From Podarcis gaigeae (lineage: Eukaryota): a DNA stretch of 64,000 nt. Shown piece by piece: positions 1-11,232 of the stretch. Each line of letters starts with the position of its first letter. Within the stretch, counting starts at the first letter, position 1. The stretch lies in assembly GCA_964106915.2 (NCBI GenBank), contig OZ066921.1, one strand, 5' to 3'. The position numbers and the translations under genes were made by a program. The notes beneath the pieces are model-generated. The model saw only the letters and a list, made by a program, of their open reading frames with translations. It had not been told where the DNA came from and did not search any database.

Positions 1-454
1 ACCAAACAAACTCCTGTTGACGTTTTAAGAAGCACCACAGCGGAGAGTTACTAGCTCTGGCGATACTCCAAGTGAGGGAATTGTGTCTCTGACATAGTCA
101 TTTTTCAAGTCGCCAAACACAACAGGGTTTCTTCACACCCCCTCTTCAAGCCAGAGGGTTTCAAAGGCAGCACAGTGAGGCCTTGGCTTTGGAATCAGAG
201 ACGCTCTCAAGAGCCAATTCCCAAGCGCACACATTTTTTGCTGGAGGAAATCCTGCTCAGTCGAAAGACGTGATAATAACCCTCAGCTTGGTCATCCCCT
301 CCACCCCCACTGTTGCTTCATTATGATCTCATTAAAGGGTAGGTGGTGGTGGATGAATCTGTAAGGAGCGTTCTAGAGTGGGTGTCATTTACTTCAGAGG
401 CATATTTGCCGTGGCCGGCATAACAGCTAGACCTGTTCCTAGATATACGAAGGG

Positions 455-700
455 ATAGCTTAGTTGCTCTCACCCATGCCTTGGTAACCTCAAAATTGAA
501 CTGCTGTAATGCACTCTGTGTGGGGCTACCCTTAAGGCTGGTTTGGAAGTTGCAGCTGGGGTCGAACCCAGCGGCTACAATGCTGAGCAGGGTACCTAGC
601 CATGCACATATAGCTCCTGTGCTGAAGGGGCTGCGCAGACTGCCAGTTTGCTACCAAGCCAGTTGAAAGAAGTCCTTGATAGCAGATAAAGCCCTGCACC
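455..700 (+). mobile_element. Decayed L2 LINE fragment
   Basis: VTSKLNCCNALCVGLPLRLVWKLQL...HIAPVLKGLRRLPV, homologous to the 40758 copy. Confidence 0.75.
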
Positions 701-1239
701 AGTAATCTTCAACCCTGGGTCCGCAGATGTTGTTGGACCACAACTCCTGTCATCCCCTGCCAGCTAAGCTCAAGGTCAGGAGTGATGAGAGTTGTATTTC
801 AGGAACAAATGGGGGAATTGAGGTTGTAAAGCACTGCACTTGGGACCAAAATACCTGAAATAGATCTGTGAGTTCATTAAAAATAATCAGAGAATGCCAT
901 GCTGATCGTACAACAGCCTTCAGAGAAGCATCTGGTGGAAAGACAGTGGCAGGCATTCTCTGCAGGGGTCCCTACCTTATGGATTGAAGAGGGCCCTGTG
1001 ATATTGTCTTGTGAACTGCTCTGAGATCTTTCAATGAAGGGCAGTTTAGAAATCTAATAAATAAAAGTATAGAAATCTAATAAATAAACAAATAAAATAA
1101 AAATAGGATGGGCATCCACGGTGGTTTGTTTCTACCCAATGTCAGGTTATTGTTTTTGTTAGTTATGCAGCCCTGTGGGTGCTTTACAACAGTGCTCTTA
1201 TATTGCTGTTTTGTAAAACACAGCTAAAAAAAACCTTTA

Positions 1240-1380
1240 GCTGTGTACACACCATACATTTAAAGCACATTTCTCGCCCCCAGAGAATCTTGGGAACTGT
1301 AGAGAACTAGAATTCCCAGCACCTCTAGCAAACTACAGTTCCCAGGATTCTTTGATTTAAATGTACGGTGTGTGCTCAGC
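1240..1380. mobile_element. Palindromic MITE
   Basis: GCTGTGTACACACCATACATTTAAA ... TTTAAATGTACGGTGTGTGCTCAGC, plus inner GGGAACTGTAG/CTACAGTTCCC inverted repeats. Confidence 0.7.
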
Positions 1381-2399
1381 CTGTGAGTTGTGGTTTGTTC
1401 TACTGAAAAGCAACCTAGGAATGTTTTTGAATGAATAAATATGTGCTTCAGCTGTTTTTGAAACAAGTGGCCTGATCTAAAAGACGTGGTTGCATGGATT
1501 CTTCCCCAAGCCCTCAAGAGTCAGCTATGCATTCATGATGTATCCCCACTTTGTATGCCCACACTGTTTCTTGGGGGTGGCCTGATACAAAGGAGAATTA
1601 GGGAGGGGCCAGTCTGTCCATGTTCAACAGATGTATTAAACAGGGGGTTGGCAGGTACCACATCATGCTAGCTGAAATTCCCACTTCTTCTCAAAATGAT
1701 ACGGAAATGCAGTTTCCCTTCTGTATCTTGCCTCCATCTGTCTGCACAGCAGATGGGGTGTTCTTGTCAGCAATGTGAAGGGCACATTCTAGGAGAGGCA
1801 ACAACAGATACAGGGTCTTCTGTGTGGAGGACCATGGATAGAAAGGCTTCAGCAAAATAATTTGGCAGCATCAAGAACCAGTGGCTACAAAGGAGGAGAA
1901 CTGGGGTGTTGGGGGAGTGGGAAATTCAGGAGGAGGTAGCAGAGGGAAAACACTAGGGAATTTTGCTCAGAGGCAGGGAACCTTTTTGAGCCAGAGAGCC
2001 ACAGGGAGGGCCAGAACCAAAAGTGGGCAGAGAAAGAAATGTGGACTTTTGGACATTAAGCTGACCTCTTCTACACAGGATTTCATGCAGACACCTTTCT
2101 CTCTTCCATCAAGGTTAGCAAGAAGCATATCAGATCTCAAGGGCACATTCCAGCCAGGCAAAAACACTCAGGGAGGGTGCACAGCAGGGCTAGTGGCTTG
2201 GGAGGGTGTTTGGCCCAGTGGGCCGTAGTTGGTCCCAGGGCCTGAGGTTCCCCATCCCTGCTCTAGCAAAATCTCTCTCTCACACACATACACCTGCTTT
2301 GTTTTTGCTAAAAATACCCAAGGAACAGCTTAGAGATCTTCTCAAAAGGTGATTTTGCTGTCACATTTTGTTTGCAGAGAGACTACCAACAAAGCCACG

Positions 2400-2559
2400 A
2401 TGCTCCATGAAGTAACCCTGTGGCTGTTGCTGGTGGTTGGCATATCCACGGTGACTGGAGGGGGAGCTGGAGGTGGTTATGGGCAGATCAAATACATGCA
2501 GCCTGTGGTGAAAGGACCTCTCGGCCCTCCATTTCGGGAAGGCAAAGGGCAGTACATAG
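2400..2559 (+). CDS. COL8A2: Collagen VIII alpha-2, first coding exon (signal peptide + NC2 start)
   Basis: Acceptor tttgcag|2378, Kozak-like gccacgATG at 2400, hydrophobic signal peptide [20 protein letters not shown], then [33 protein letters not shown]. Donor AG|gtaagt after 2559; phase 1 joins in frame (G+AT=Asp) to 16708. Confidence 0.95.
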
Positions 2560-2710
2560 GTAAGTAGCCTTCGGGTGCACAGATTCCGGAGGAGGCAGAA
2601 GGGGGGGCGGGGGTTTGTAGAGTTTTATCTTGAAGGAACAACAACTCCCAGGCCCAGGCCTCTTACTGTTTTTGCCTACTTAAAATGTTCAGATTACTTT
2701 TACAGTGGTA

Positions 2711-2928
2711 CAGTGGTACCTCGGGTTAACTACTTAATTCGTTCCAGAGGTCCTTTCTTAACCTGAAACTGTTCTTAACCTGAAGCACCACTTTAGCTAA
2801 TGGGGCCTCCTGCTGCCGCTGCAGCACGATTTCTGTTCTCATCCTGAAGCAAAGTTCTTAACCCGAGGTACTATTTCTGGGTTAGCGGAGTCTGTAACCT
2901 GAAGCGTCTGTAACCCGAGGTACCACTG
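2711..2928. mobile_element. Tc1/mariner (Tigger-like) MITE
   Basis: TIRs CAGTGGTACCTCGGGTTA / TAACCCGAGGTACCACTG with TA on both sides. Confidence 0.88.
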
Positions 2929-3109
2929 TATTCTTCTTGCCAATAGCCCTGAGAACTTGGCTATAAGTTGGCATATAACTGATTTTTTTTTTTAATTGTT
3001 GCCTTCATCTTTCCATGTTTAATGTTAGCTTCACACCTCCTCTGCCTAGACCCCACAGTAATTATGGTGATTCCATCCCTGCCCTTTTCTCCTACAAGTA
3101 GAATCCATA

Positions 3110-4575
3110 GTTAACGGAGAAGATGTTTAAGTTCTGAGTGGTAGTTGCTGTGTCTCCCAGTGCTGGTTGCTAGGTGATGAAGAGATTGTGCCATTTTGGT
3201 TGTCTCACAGTGGTGCCTAAGAGTGTGTGGCACTGGGTCTGTTGACTAGCAGAGGTTGCCTGGAGGCCATAAGGCTGCAGTGTGTGGTCTGCATTCGTGA
3301 TGGTGGTAGTTAGGCCACAGAATGGCTGCAGAATCAAGTGGTACTATTGCTTCCCTTGATTGGGACACTATACTTCTGTTGATGCAGCCTAGAATAGCAT
3401 TTGCTTTTTTTTTTTTTTTTTTTTTTTTGCTGCTGCATCACACTGTTGACTCACATGAAGCTTGTGGTCTACTAAGACCCCTAGATCCTTTTCACATGTA
3501 CTACAGGAAAGCCAGGTGTCCCCCATCTTATATTTGTGCAGCTGGTACATTTGTCTCTGTGGAAATTCATTTTATTAGTTTTGGCCCAGTATGGGCCAAA
3601 CTTCTAAGATCATCTTGATTCCTGATTCAGTCTTCTGTGGCATTAGCTACCCCTCCCAGTATGGTATCATCTGCAAATTTGATGAGCAACCCCTCCATTC
3701 CTTTATCCCTTTCATTTATAAAGTTGTTGAACAACAGTGAGCCCAGGATAGAATTCTGTGGCACCCCACTTGTCACTTTTTTCCAGGATAATGAGGAACC
3801 ATTAGTAAGCGCTCTTTAGGTCAACCAGCTACAAATCTACCTAGCCGTTACCTTGTCCAGACCACAATTTACTAGCTTTTTTGCAAGAGTATCATGGGGA
3901 ACATTGTTGAAAGCCTTACTGAAATCAATATCCACTATGTCCACAGCACCTCCCTGATCCACAAAGCTTGTAACTGTATCAAAAACACACAGGAGGTTCA
4001 TCTGGAATGACTTGTTTTTGAGAAACCCATACTGGGTCTTAGTAACCAGTGGCAGAGGAAGGGGGGGGTGCTGTAGGGGCGGACTGCCCCAGGTGTCTTC
4101 GCTGAGGGGGGTGACATTTGGCGCACCGCCTGCCCGCCTGCGACTCCCAAGCCTACCTGAAGCTGTCGGGGGAAAGGGGGTACTGCGCCGCTTTGCCAGC
4201 AGCTGTTTGGGCAACTGGGGGAGGCTTGGGAGTCGCGGGCATGTGGTGTGCTGAATGTCCACCATCGGCGGCTTGCTCCGCCCCCAGCTATAGGGTGCAC
4301 ATGCCACTCCGTCACCCAAGCGGCTATCCCACGCCTGGGAGGGCACCCTCCATGCCCTGCCCCCTTTGGGAGCGCGCCCACCCTGGGCAGCGCAGGCATA
4401 TGCTCCGCCGCTGATGACAGCATCCTTTTTTCCTATGTGCTCACATATCAATCTATTCTAGGACCTTTCTTGGTATCAGTGTCAAGCTAATCATTTGGGA
4501 GTTTCCTGGGTCTCCCCCATCTTTTTGAAGATGGGGCAAAAAGTAGATTCAGGAAACTACCGACCAGTCAGCTTG
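3110..4575 (-). mobile_element. Decayed CR1 LINE, interrupted by a DNA-transposon insertion at 4047-4413
   Basis: QYGFLKNKS..NLL..FD.VT..VDQG.AVD..IDFSKAFNNVPHD; GVPQ-like and KFADDT-like segments further along the minus strand. Boundaries approximate. Confidence 0.8.
4047..4413. mobile_element. GC-rich non-autonomous DNA transposon (hAT-like termini) nested in CR1
   Basis: Imperfect terminal inverted repeats CAGTGGCAGAG / CTCCGCCGCTG (9/11); splits contiguous CR1 sequence; no clean TSD. Confidence 0.65.
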
Positions 4576-4708
4576 AGGGAACCACAAGGGAGCAAGCCTT
4601 TTCTGTGGTGGCTCAACACATACAGAGCTTCCCAGTAGAGCTGGGGTTGGCTTCTGCCTTTTTGTAAAGCCTTGAAGTCTGATTTGCATTGATTGACCCT
4701 TCCCCTGT

Positions 4709-6805
4709 GTGGTTTATGTTTCACTCACTGAAACTTCACAACACAACACCTCTCAACCCACTGGAGAACAACCACCACCCTCCCAACAGAACACTGACCA
4801 CCAACTACCACCGAAAAAGTGTTACACAAAAAGGGACTCCACATGGACCCCTCCTGATGGACGCAATACCACACTGGACTTGTACATTGACTGCTTCCGC
4901 CACAGAATCCAAACAGATGTGACCAGAAAACACCATTGCCTACAACAAAATCTAAACCATGCTGAAAGGAGAGCCATAGATAATCTCAGAAACAACCCAG
5001 ACATTATAATTAAAGAAGCGGACAAAGGTGGAGCTGTCGTCATCATGAACAAAACTGACTACATTCAGGAGGCTCACAGACAACTTTCCAATACCGCCTT
5101 TTACATAAAATTGGACTCAGACCCCACACAAGAATACAAAAAAGAACTGAACAAGATTGTTAAGGAGCTACCCCCACACATCCAAGAACAGATCCTCACT
5201 AACACACCAACAGAACCTCGACCAGGAACTTTCTATCTTCTACCTAAAATACACAAACCAGGAAATCCAGGACGCCCCATCATTTCAGGTATTGGCACTA
5301 TTACAGTGGGTGTCTCCGGTTATATGGACTCTGTTCTGAAACCATATGCCATCAGTGCTCCCAGCTATGTACGTGACACCACAGATTTTCTGAGGAAAAT
5401 ACAATCTTTAAATAATCTTCCCAACAATACTATACTAGCTACTATGGATGTGGAATCTCTGTATACCAACATCCCACACAACGATGGTTTACAAGCTATA
5501 AGGAACACCATTTCAGATAAAACCACAGCGGACTTTGCCACCAAACTCTGCCAATTTGTCCTTACCCACAACAACTTCAAATTCGGTGATGACCTGTTCC
5601 TTCAGATCAGCGGCACAGCAATGGGCACCCGCATGGCCCCACAGTATGCCAACATCTTCATGGCAGATTTAGAACAACGTTTCCTAAACTCCTACCCACT
5701 CAAACCTCTCTTGTACCTGCGATACATTGACGATATTTTTATCATCTGGACACATGGTCAACAGACCCTGAACACCTTCCACCAGAAATTCAATGATTTT
5801 CACCCCACAATCAACCTAACTATGAATCAATGTATGCAAGAAATACATTTTTTGGACACTACTATAAAAATACAGGATGGGCACATAGACACCACCTTAT
5901 TCCGTAAACCAACTGACCTACAAACATATCTACATGCCTCTAGCTACCATCCCAAACATACCAAACAGTCCATTGTATATAGCCAGGCACTACGTTACAG
6001 CCGCATCTGTTCCAATTCTACAGACAGAGACTCTCACCTAAGAGATCTACAGCAAACCTTTTTAGAACTAAAATACCCAACAGATGAAGTTAGACAACAG
6101 ATCAACAGAGCCAGACTGATACCCAGAGAGAACTTGCTGCAAGACAGACCCAAAAAAGAAAATAACAGAACACCTCTAGTCATCACATACAGCTCCCAGG
6201 TTAAAACAGTACAACGCATCATCAGAGATCTACAACCTCTCCTGGACAATGACAGTTCTCTTTCTCAAGCTCTGGGAGGAAGACTTTTCATTGCCTACAG
6301 ACAGCCACCCAGTCTTAAACAACTCCTAACCCACAATAATACTACAACCAGACCTAACACGGACACTGGCACCAGAGCCTGCAATAAACCCAGATGCCAA
6401 CTTTGCTGCCACATACACCCGGACAACACCATTACTGGCCCCAACAACATCACACATACCATCTCGGGACTATTTAATTGCTCATCGTCTAACATTGTGT
6501 ATGCCATCAAATGCCAACAGTGTCCTTCAGCTCTCTATATTGGACAAACAGGCCAGACCTTACGCCAAAGAATAAACGGATATAAATCGGACATCAGGAA
6601 TCACAAGACAGAGAAACCAGTAGGAGAACACTTCAATCTCCCAGGACATTCTATACAAGATCTCAAAGTAGCTGTTTTACTACAAAGGAATTTCAGAAAT
6701 AGACTGGAAAGAGAAGCTGCTGAATTACAACTTATCACCAAATTTAAAACCATGGAGAAACCTGGCCTGAACAAAGACCTTGGATTCTTATCTCATTATA
6801 CATGA
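4709..6805 (+). CDS. Penelope-like reverse transcriptase + GIY-YIG endonuclease ORF (N-terminus truncated; first in-frame ATG at 5045)
   Basis: ADKGGAVV, YLLPKIHK...GRPIIS, TMDVESLYTNIP, GTAMG, YLRYIDDIF, FLD; Cys-rich linker CNKPRCQLC; IVYAIKC..C..LYIGQT...R...E...GLN. The listed GTG start lies in flanking DNA. Confidence 0.9.
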   Translation: MVYVSLTETSQHNTSQPTGEQPPPSQQNTDHQLPPKKCYTKRDSTWTPPDGRNTTLDLYIDCFRHRIQTDVTRKHHCLQQNLNHAERRAIDNLRNNPDIIIKEADKGGAVVIMNKTDYIQEAHRQLSNTAFYIKLDSDPTQEYKKELNKIVKELPPHIQEQILTNTPTEPRPGTFYLLPKIHKPGNPGRPIISGIGTITVGVSGYMDSVLKPYAISAPSYVRDTTDFLRKIQSLNNLPNNTILATMDVESLYTNIPHNDGLQAIRNTISDKTTADFATKLCQFVLTHNNFKFGDDLFLQISGTAMGTRMAPQYANIFMADLEQRFLNSYPLKPLLYLRYIDDIFIIWTHGQQTLNTFHQKFNDFHPTINLTMNQCMQEIHFLDTTIKIQDGHIDTTLFRKPTDLQTYLHASSYHPKHTKQSIVYSQALRYSRICSNSTDRDSHLRDLQQTFLELKYPTDEVRQQINRARLIPRENLLQDRPKKENNRTPLVITYSSQVKTVQRIIRDLQPLLDNDSSLSQALGGRLFIAYRQPPSLKQLLTHNNTTTRPNTDTGTRACNKPRCQLCCHIHPDNTITGPNNITHTISGLFNCSSSNIVYAIKCQQCPSALYIGQTGQTLRQRINGYKSDIRNHKTEKPVGEHFNLPGHSIQDLKVAVLLQRNFRNRLEREAAELQLITKFKTMEKPGLNKDLGFLSHYT

Positions 6806-7078
6806 CAAAGCCATTTTTCACCTTTTCACCCCTTGCTTCTTCCTGTAAGACCTATTGCAATCGTTAAGAGTCGTCAACAGGCTCATCACAGCTATCTGCC
6901 AATCACCCATTCCCACCAGCCTTCTGAGTAATACCCCTCCCCACCTTCTCACTATATAGAAGGGTCTGGAAACTTCTGTTTCAGTGTATCTGAAGAAGTG
7001 TGCATGCACACGAAAGCTCATACCAAGAACTGACTTAGTTGGTCTTTAAGGTGCTACTGGAAGGAATTTTTTTTGTTT
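4734..7078 (+). mobile_element. Penelope-like retroelement (probably Neptune group), 5'-truncated
   Basis: Carries the RT + GIY-YIG ORF, a 3' non-coding tract with a hammerhead core, and flanking direct repeats TCACTGAAA (4725-4733, 7079-7087) consistent with a TSD. Confidence 0.92.
6986..7023 (+). ncRNA. Minimal type I hammerhead ribozyme of the Penelope-like element
   Basis: Stem I GTAT(6986-89)/ATAC(7020-23); core CTGAAGA (6990-96); stem II palindrome GTGTGCATGCACAC (6998-7011); GAAA (7012-15); vestigial palindromic stem III AGCT; UC cleavage site with the cut after 7019. Confidence 0.85.
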
Positions 7079-7187
7079 TCACTGAAAGTAAGTTGGTATA
7101 TCATTGTATTACTGGAATGGTGAGTCTGTTTTTATTGCTTTAAATTTATTTTTATTCTTTCTTTATATGTAAATACATATACAGTAC

Positions 7188-7242
<55 letters not shown>
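7188..7242. repeat. Compound microsatellite (GT)n(AG)n
   Basis: Read directly from the sequence. Confidence 0.95.
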
Positions 7243-7245
<3 letters not shown>

Positions 7246-10200
7246 AGTCTTTTTCCTTGGTATTAGTGATACTGATTGTTTTTTGCATGTACTTTTTATT
7301 GTTGAAAGGCTATTTGGATGGGATTTCCCCAGAAAAGCAGCATACAGATACCTAAAAATAAAAAAGCTGATATAAAACAGATATAAGTTCACAGTTCAGC
7401 TGTGCACATAGAGGTTAGCTCTGCTCCCTTCAGATGCTGGAACAACAGTTGTGGCTGTTGCTAGGCATGTGTGCGCACACACACATTATTCAGCCTGAGG
7501 CTTGTCAGATCTCAGGACATGCTGAACCTTATTGCTTTCCCTGAAAAGCTTGGGTTCTCAGATCAGTTCCCTTAGTATTTACTGTGGTTACATGGCAATG
7601 GCATCACAACCCTGCTAATAGACAAAGGTGACTGGAGAGTGCAGTAGCTGGAGTGCTGGACTGGGAAGGCATGGGTTTAGACCCACCCCCGCCCCCCATG
7701 TGTTCTGGACAAGACACCACCTTTGAGTCTATTGTTGTTGAGAGTGTAGGTGCTGTATTAAGGGACCAGGGTGTGATGTTGGCGTTTTCTGTGACAGGAG
7801 ATGTAATTATCTTTTTTATTATTTCCCCCCTTCTTATAATCAGAAGCTAGCTGAGTAAGTGGGTTCCAATTTCTGCAATGTAGCTGGGAAGAATATTTTA
7901 ATTTGCTCCCCTGTTCTGACCTCCCCCGCACTCCAGCCTTGCTTCAGTGAATGAGCTACAAAAGGGACTCCTGTGTATTTTGCCTCAAACTGCAAAATAA
8001 CTGTGGCAGGGCAGCATGCAGGTCTGAAACACTGGTGTGCGCCAGCAAAGGAGATACGCTATAGAATATATGGTGCCCAGTAAAACAATTCACCTTTTGT
8101 TTTGCCTAGAGGTGGAATATGACTCCCAGGAGCCTTTGCACTTCTGCTGGCTCAAGTGGGTTTGCATTGGCAGGGGAGCCTAGGAATATGTCTCTCTTTG
8201 AGTGCTTCCTTTGATTGGCTTACCATCTTGTTCATGCAGGTGTTGGTTTGGAGAGCGAGACCATTGGACAGGAAGCCTGGTGTGCTTTTCAGCTGAGGAA
8301 AGGCAGGCAATCAAGGCAGGCCACCCAGAGAGGAGAGGAAACTGGGGCCCAGGCTGGCAGGACATTGTTTCCTGCTGCAGTAGCCTGAGTTTTTGGGTTT
8401 TTCCTTCCCTCTGGGGTACCTGCTAGAGACAGCCACGGCTAAAGGCAGGATGTTGAGTGGAATGGATGTGCCATAACAACGTCCCCTTCAGGAAGACGGA
8501 GGATGCGTACACACTGCAATATAGTCTGCATCCAGTGCACTTCCACTTCTGGTTTGGAAAGCAGCGTACACATGATGTTAGCACAATCCATGTATATCCT
8601 GCAGTTTCTTAGGAAACACTGCATTTTGATGCATTTTCTCCCAAGCCGGCTTTGATCCAAATTGAGAAGAACAGCCAAGATGCACTTTAAGCTGATAATG
8701 TGTACACAGCCAGAGAATGAATTGGCATGCTGTTTCATTTGGCTAGTGACTTTAGGTGGGGTAGTTGTATTTTGCTAGGTGGAGGGAGGCTCCCTCACTC
8801 TTTTATTTTCTTGTATTGCCTTCCTCAGTAGCCTGTTGGTTGGTTTGGTTTTTGATGGGGTAATTTATATCTAACTTCATCATTTATGGCAGGGGTAGCA
8901 ATCATGGTGCCCTCCAGATTTAGTTTATTGTCAGTTCCCATCTACCTCAGCAAGTGTGGCCAAACATCAGGGATGACTGGAGTTGTGGTCTAAATATATA
9001 TGTGGAGCACTTGATTCCTACTGTGCCCCAGTTCTCTGTTAGTGCCGTGCTGTTTTCAGGATTAGCAGTCAATGATCAACACAGGAGGATACAGACAGCC
9101 CAAGACATTTTGCTGCCTGAAGCAGAACAGTAAATTGCACCATTCCCCTCCCCACCCCCCAAAGTGTGCATTATATATGTGTTATTTTACCACCAGAGGC
9201 AGAAAAATCCCATGAGTATCTCTCTCTGGATGATAAATTCCAATAATAATAAAACAAGAAGCCAATTGCTGCCCTTTTGTAACAAAGGACTGAGGCATCA
9301 GCCTCACTCTACCTGAAGTTAGGGCAGACCCTAGAGGAGGGGCTGAAATATAGGTGTGGCTGCCTTGTTCCATTTGGCTAGTGAATCATCGGTTTTATGA
9401 TCACACAGTGGCCTATTCAGCCCTGTCTCCCACCCAAGGGCCACGTCCCATATTGCACAGGAAGACTTCTCCAGAATAGAAGAGAGCTTGGCTCAGGCAC
9501 TTGGCAGGCAGCAACCGCCTTCCCATCCTAAAGTAAGGTGTCAGACATTCAGCTGGGCGACATATCACACCCAGTCTCTTTTTAAAACATGTTATTCATA
9601 TAGTTTTCTTTTAAGATGTGTGGCAACCAGCATTTTCACAGGAAAGGGCTGTAGCTCAGTAGTAGATCACATGACTTGTGTGCAGAGGGTCCTAGATTTC
9701 ATCCCTGGAATCTCCAGACAGGGCAAGGAAACATTCTTTCCTGAAACTCTGAGCAGCCACTGCCAGTTGGTAAGGGTGGGGGTGATTCTGTTTGCATTCA
9801 AAGCTGGATTTATCAAAGCAATATGAGAACCAAAACATAGGCATCCTTCAATAATTCACACTTACCCAAATTTTGCAGCGCAGTTCTCCAACAAACAATC
9901 TGTGAACTATGAAAACAGATGTTCTTCAGACCTTCTCAGGTGATTCACCCAAACCTTGGGAAATTTACTATTAGAGTTACAAAAGCACACAAGCAAGAAA
10001 CACAAGCCTGAGAAGGGTACTGACATTTAGGCCGCTGCATCCCTTTGCCCCCTCAGGATGGAGGTGCATTACCGTTATTAATTCTTTTACTCCACACCAA
10101 GAATGATGACAAGGTCAAGTTAAAAACTCCTGGGCTTGTAAATAAAGCCGCTGCTGTTAAAACAGTGTAAGTAACTTGGCACCCGTGAAAACTGTCTTTT

Positions 10201-10579
10201 GGTAAATACTCTTGCTCTGCCCTAAAGGTGAGGACGTTTTGTGACTGCTGCAGGCTGGGTGTGAAGGGAGGATTTTCAGGCTACCACTGTGAGATAGCAG
10301 GTGCTCTCCAGTTGCAGCAGCACAGCTGGACTGCAAAGGGGCTTCCCGGTCATTGGTGAGGGATAACAGGGGGCAGTACAGTATGAAATCCAGACAGGCT
10401 TCTCTGGCTGACAACAGGCAAAATCAGAGAAGTAATCAATGGTCCCTGGGGACTGCTTCACTCTGAACTGGAGACACAGCTTTGCTGAACCTCGCTGGAG
10501 ATTGCAGACTTATTATCTAGGTTGGTAAAGGCACATGGACAAGAGAAAGCAGATCCAGAGGTGTAGATCCCTGAAAGAG

Positions 10580-10770
10580 AAGGGCAGGCCCTAGTGGTGG
10601 AACATCTGCTTTGTATGCCGAAATACCAGGTTCAATCCCTGGCAGCTCCAGGTAGGATGGGGAGAAGCCCCTGTTTGAAACCCTGGAGAGCTGCTTACCG
10701 GAGTGTTTGGACAATACTGAGTTAGATGGATTGTTTGTCTGCCTTGGTATAAGGCAGCTCCCTGTGTCCC
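10580..10770 (+). mobile_element. Old tRNA-derived SINE with CR1-like tail
   Basis: B-box GGTTCAATCCC and tail GACAATACTGAGTTAGATGG...GGTATAAGGCAGCT; related fragments at ~9645-9770, 39045-39150 and 50800-50950. Confidence 0.6.
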
Positions 10771-10869
10771 TGGGGCTTGAAGAGACTAGCTTTACCTCCC
10801 TGTCTGCAAAACAAGTGGCATAAGCACTTTCCCACATGGCACCTGTGTTTTGGCACACCTAATAATCAG

Positions 10870-11232
10870 GGACGCAGGTGGCGCTGTGGGTTAAAGCCTC
10901 AGCGCCTAGGACTTGCCGATCGAAAGGTCGGCGGTTCGAATCCCTGCGGCGGGGTGCGCTCCCGCTGCTCGGTCCCAGCGCCTGCCAACCTAGCAGTTCG
11001 AAAGCACCTCCGGGTGCAAGTAGATAAATAGGGACCGCTTACCAGCGGGAAGGTAAACGGCGTTTCCGTGTGCGGCTCTGGCTCGCCAGAGCAGCGATGT
11101 CACGCTGGCCATGTGACCCGGAAGTGTCTCCGGACAGCGCTGGCCCCTGGCCTCTTAAGTGAGATGGGCGCACAACCCCAGAGTCTGTCAAGACTGGCCC
11201 GTACGGGCAGGGGTACCTTTACCTTTACCTTT
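10870..11232 (+). mobile_element. Sauria SINE, full length
   Basis: tRNA-like head (GGTGGCGCTGTGG A-box, GGTTCGAATCC B-box), (ACCTTT)n tail, TSD TAATAATCAG (10860-10869, 11233-11242). Confidence 0.92.

Noticed and set aside
10870-10945. tRNA-like A/B boxes as a tRNA gene
   Set aside because: They form the head of a Sauria SINE that continues into a SINE body, tail and TSD.
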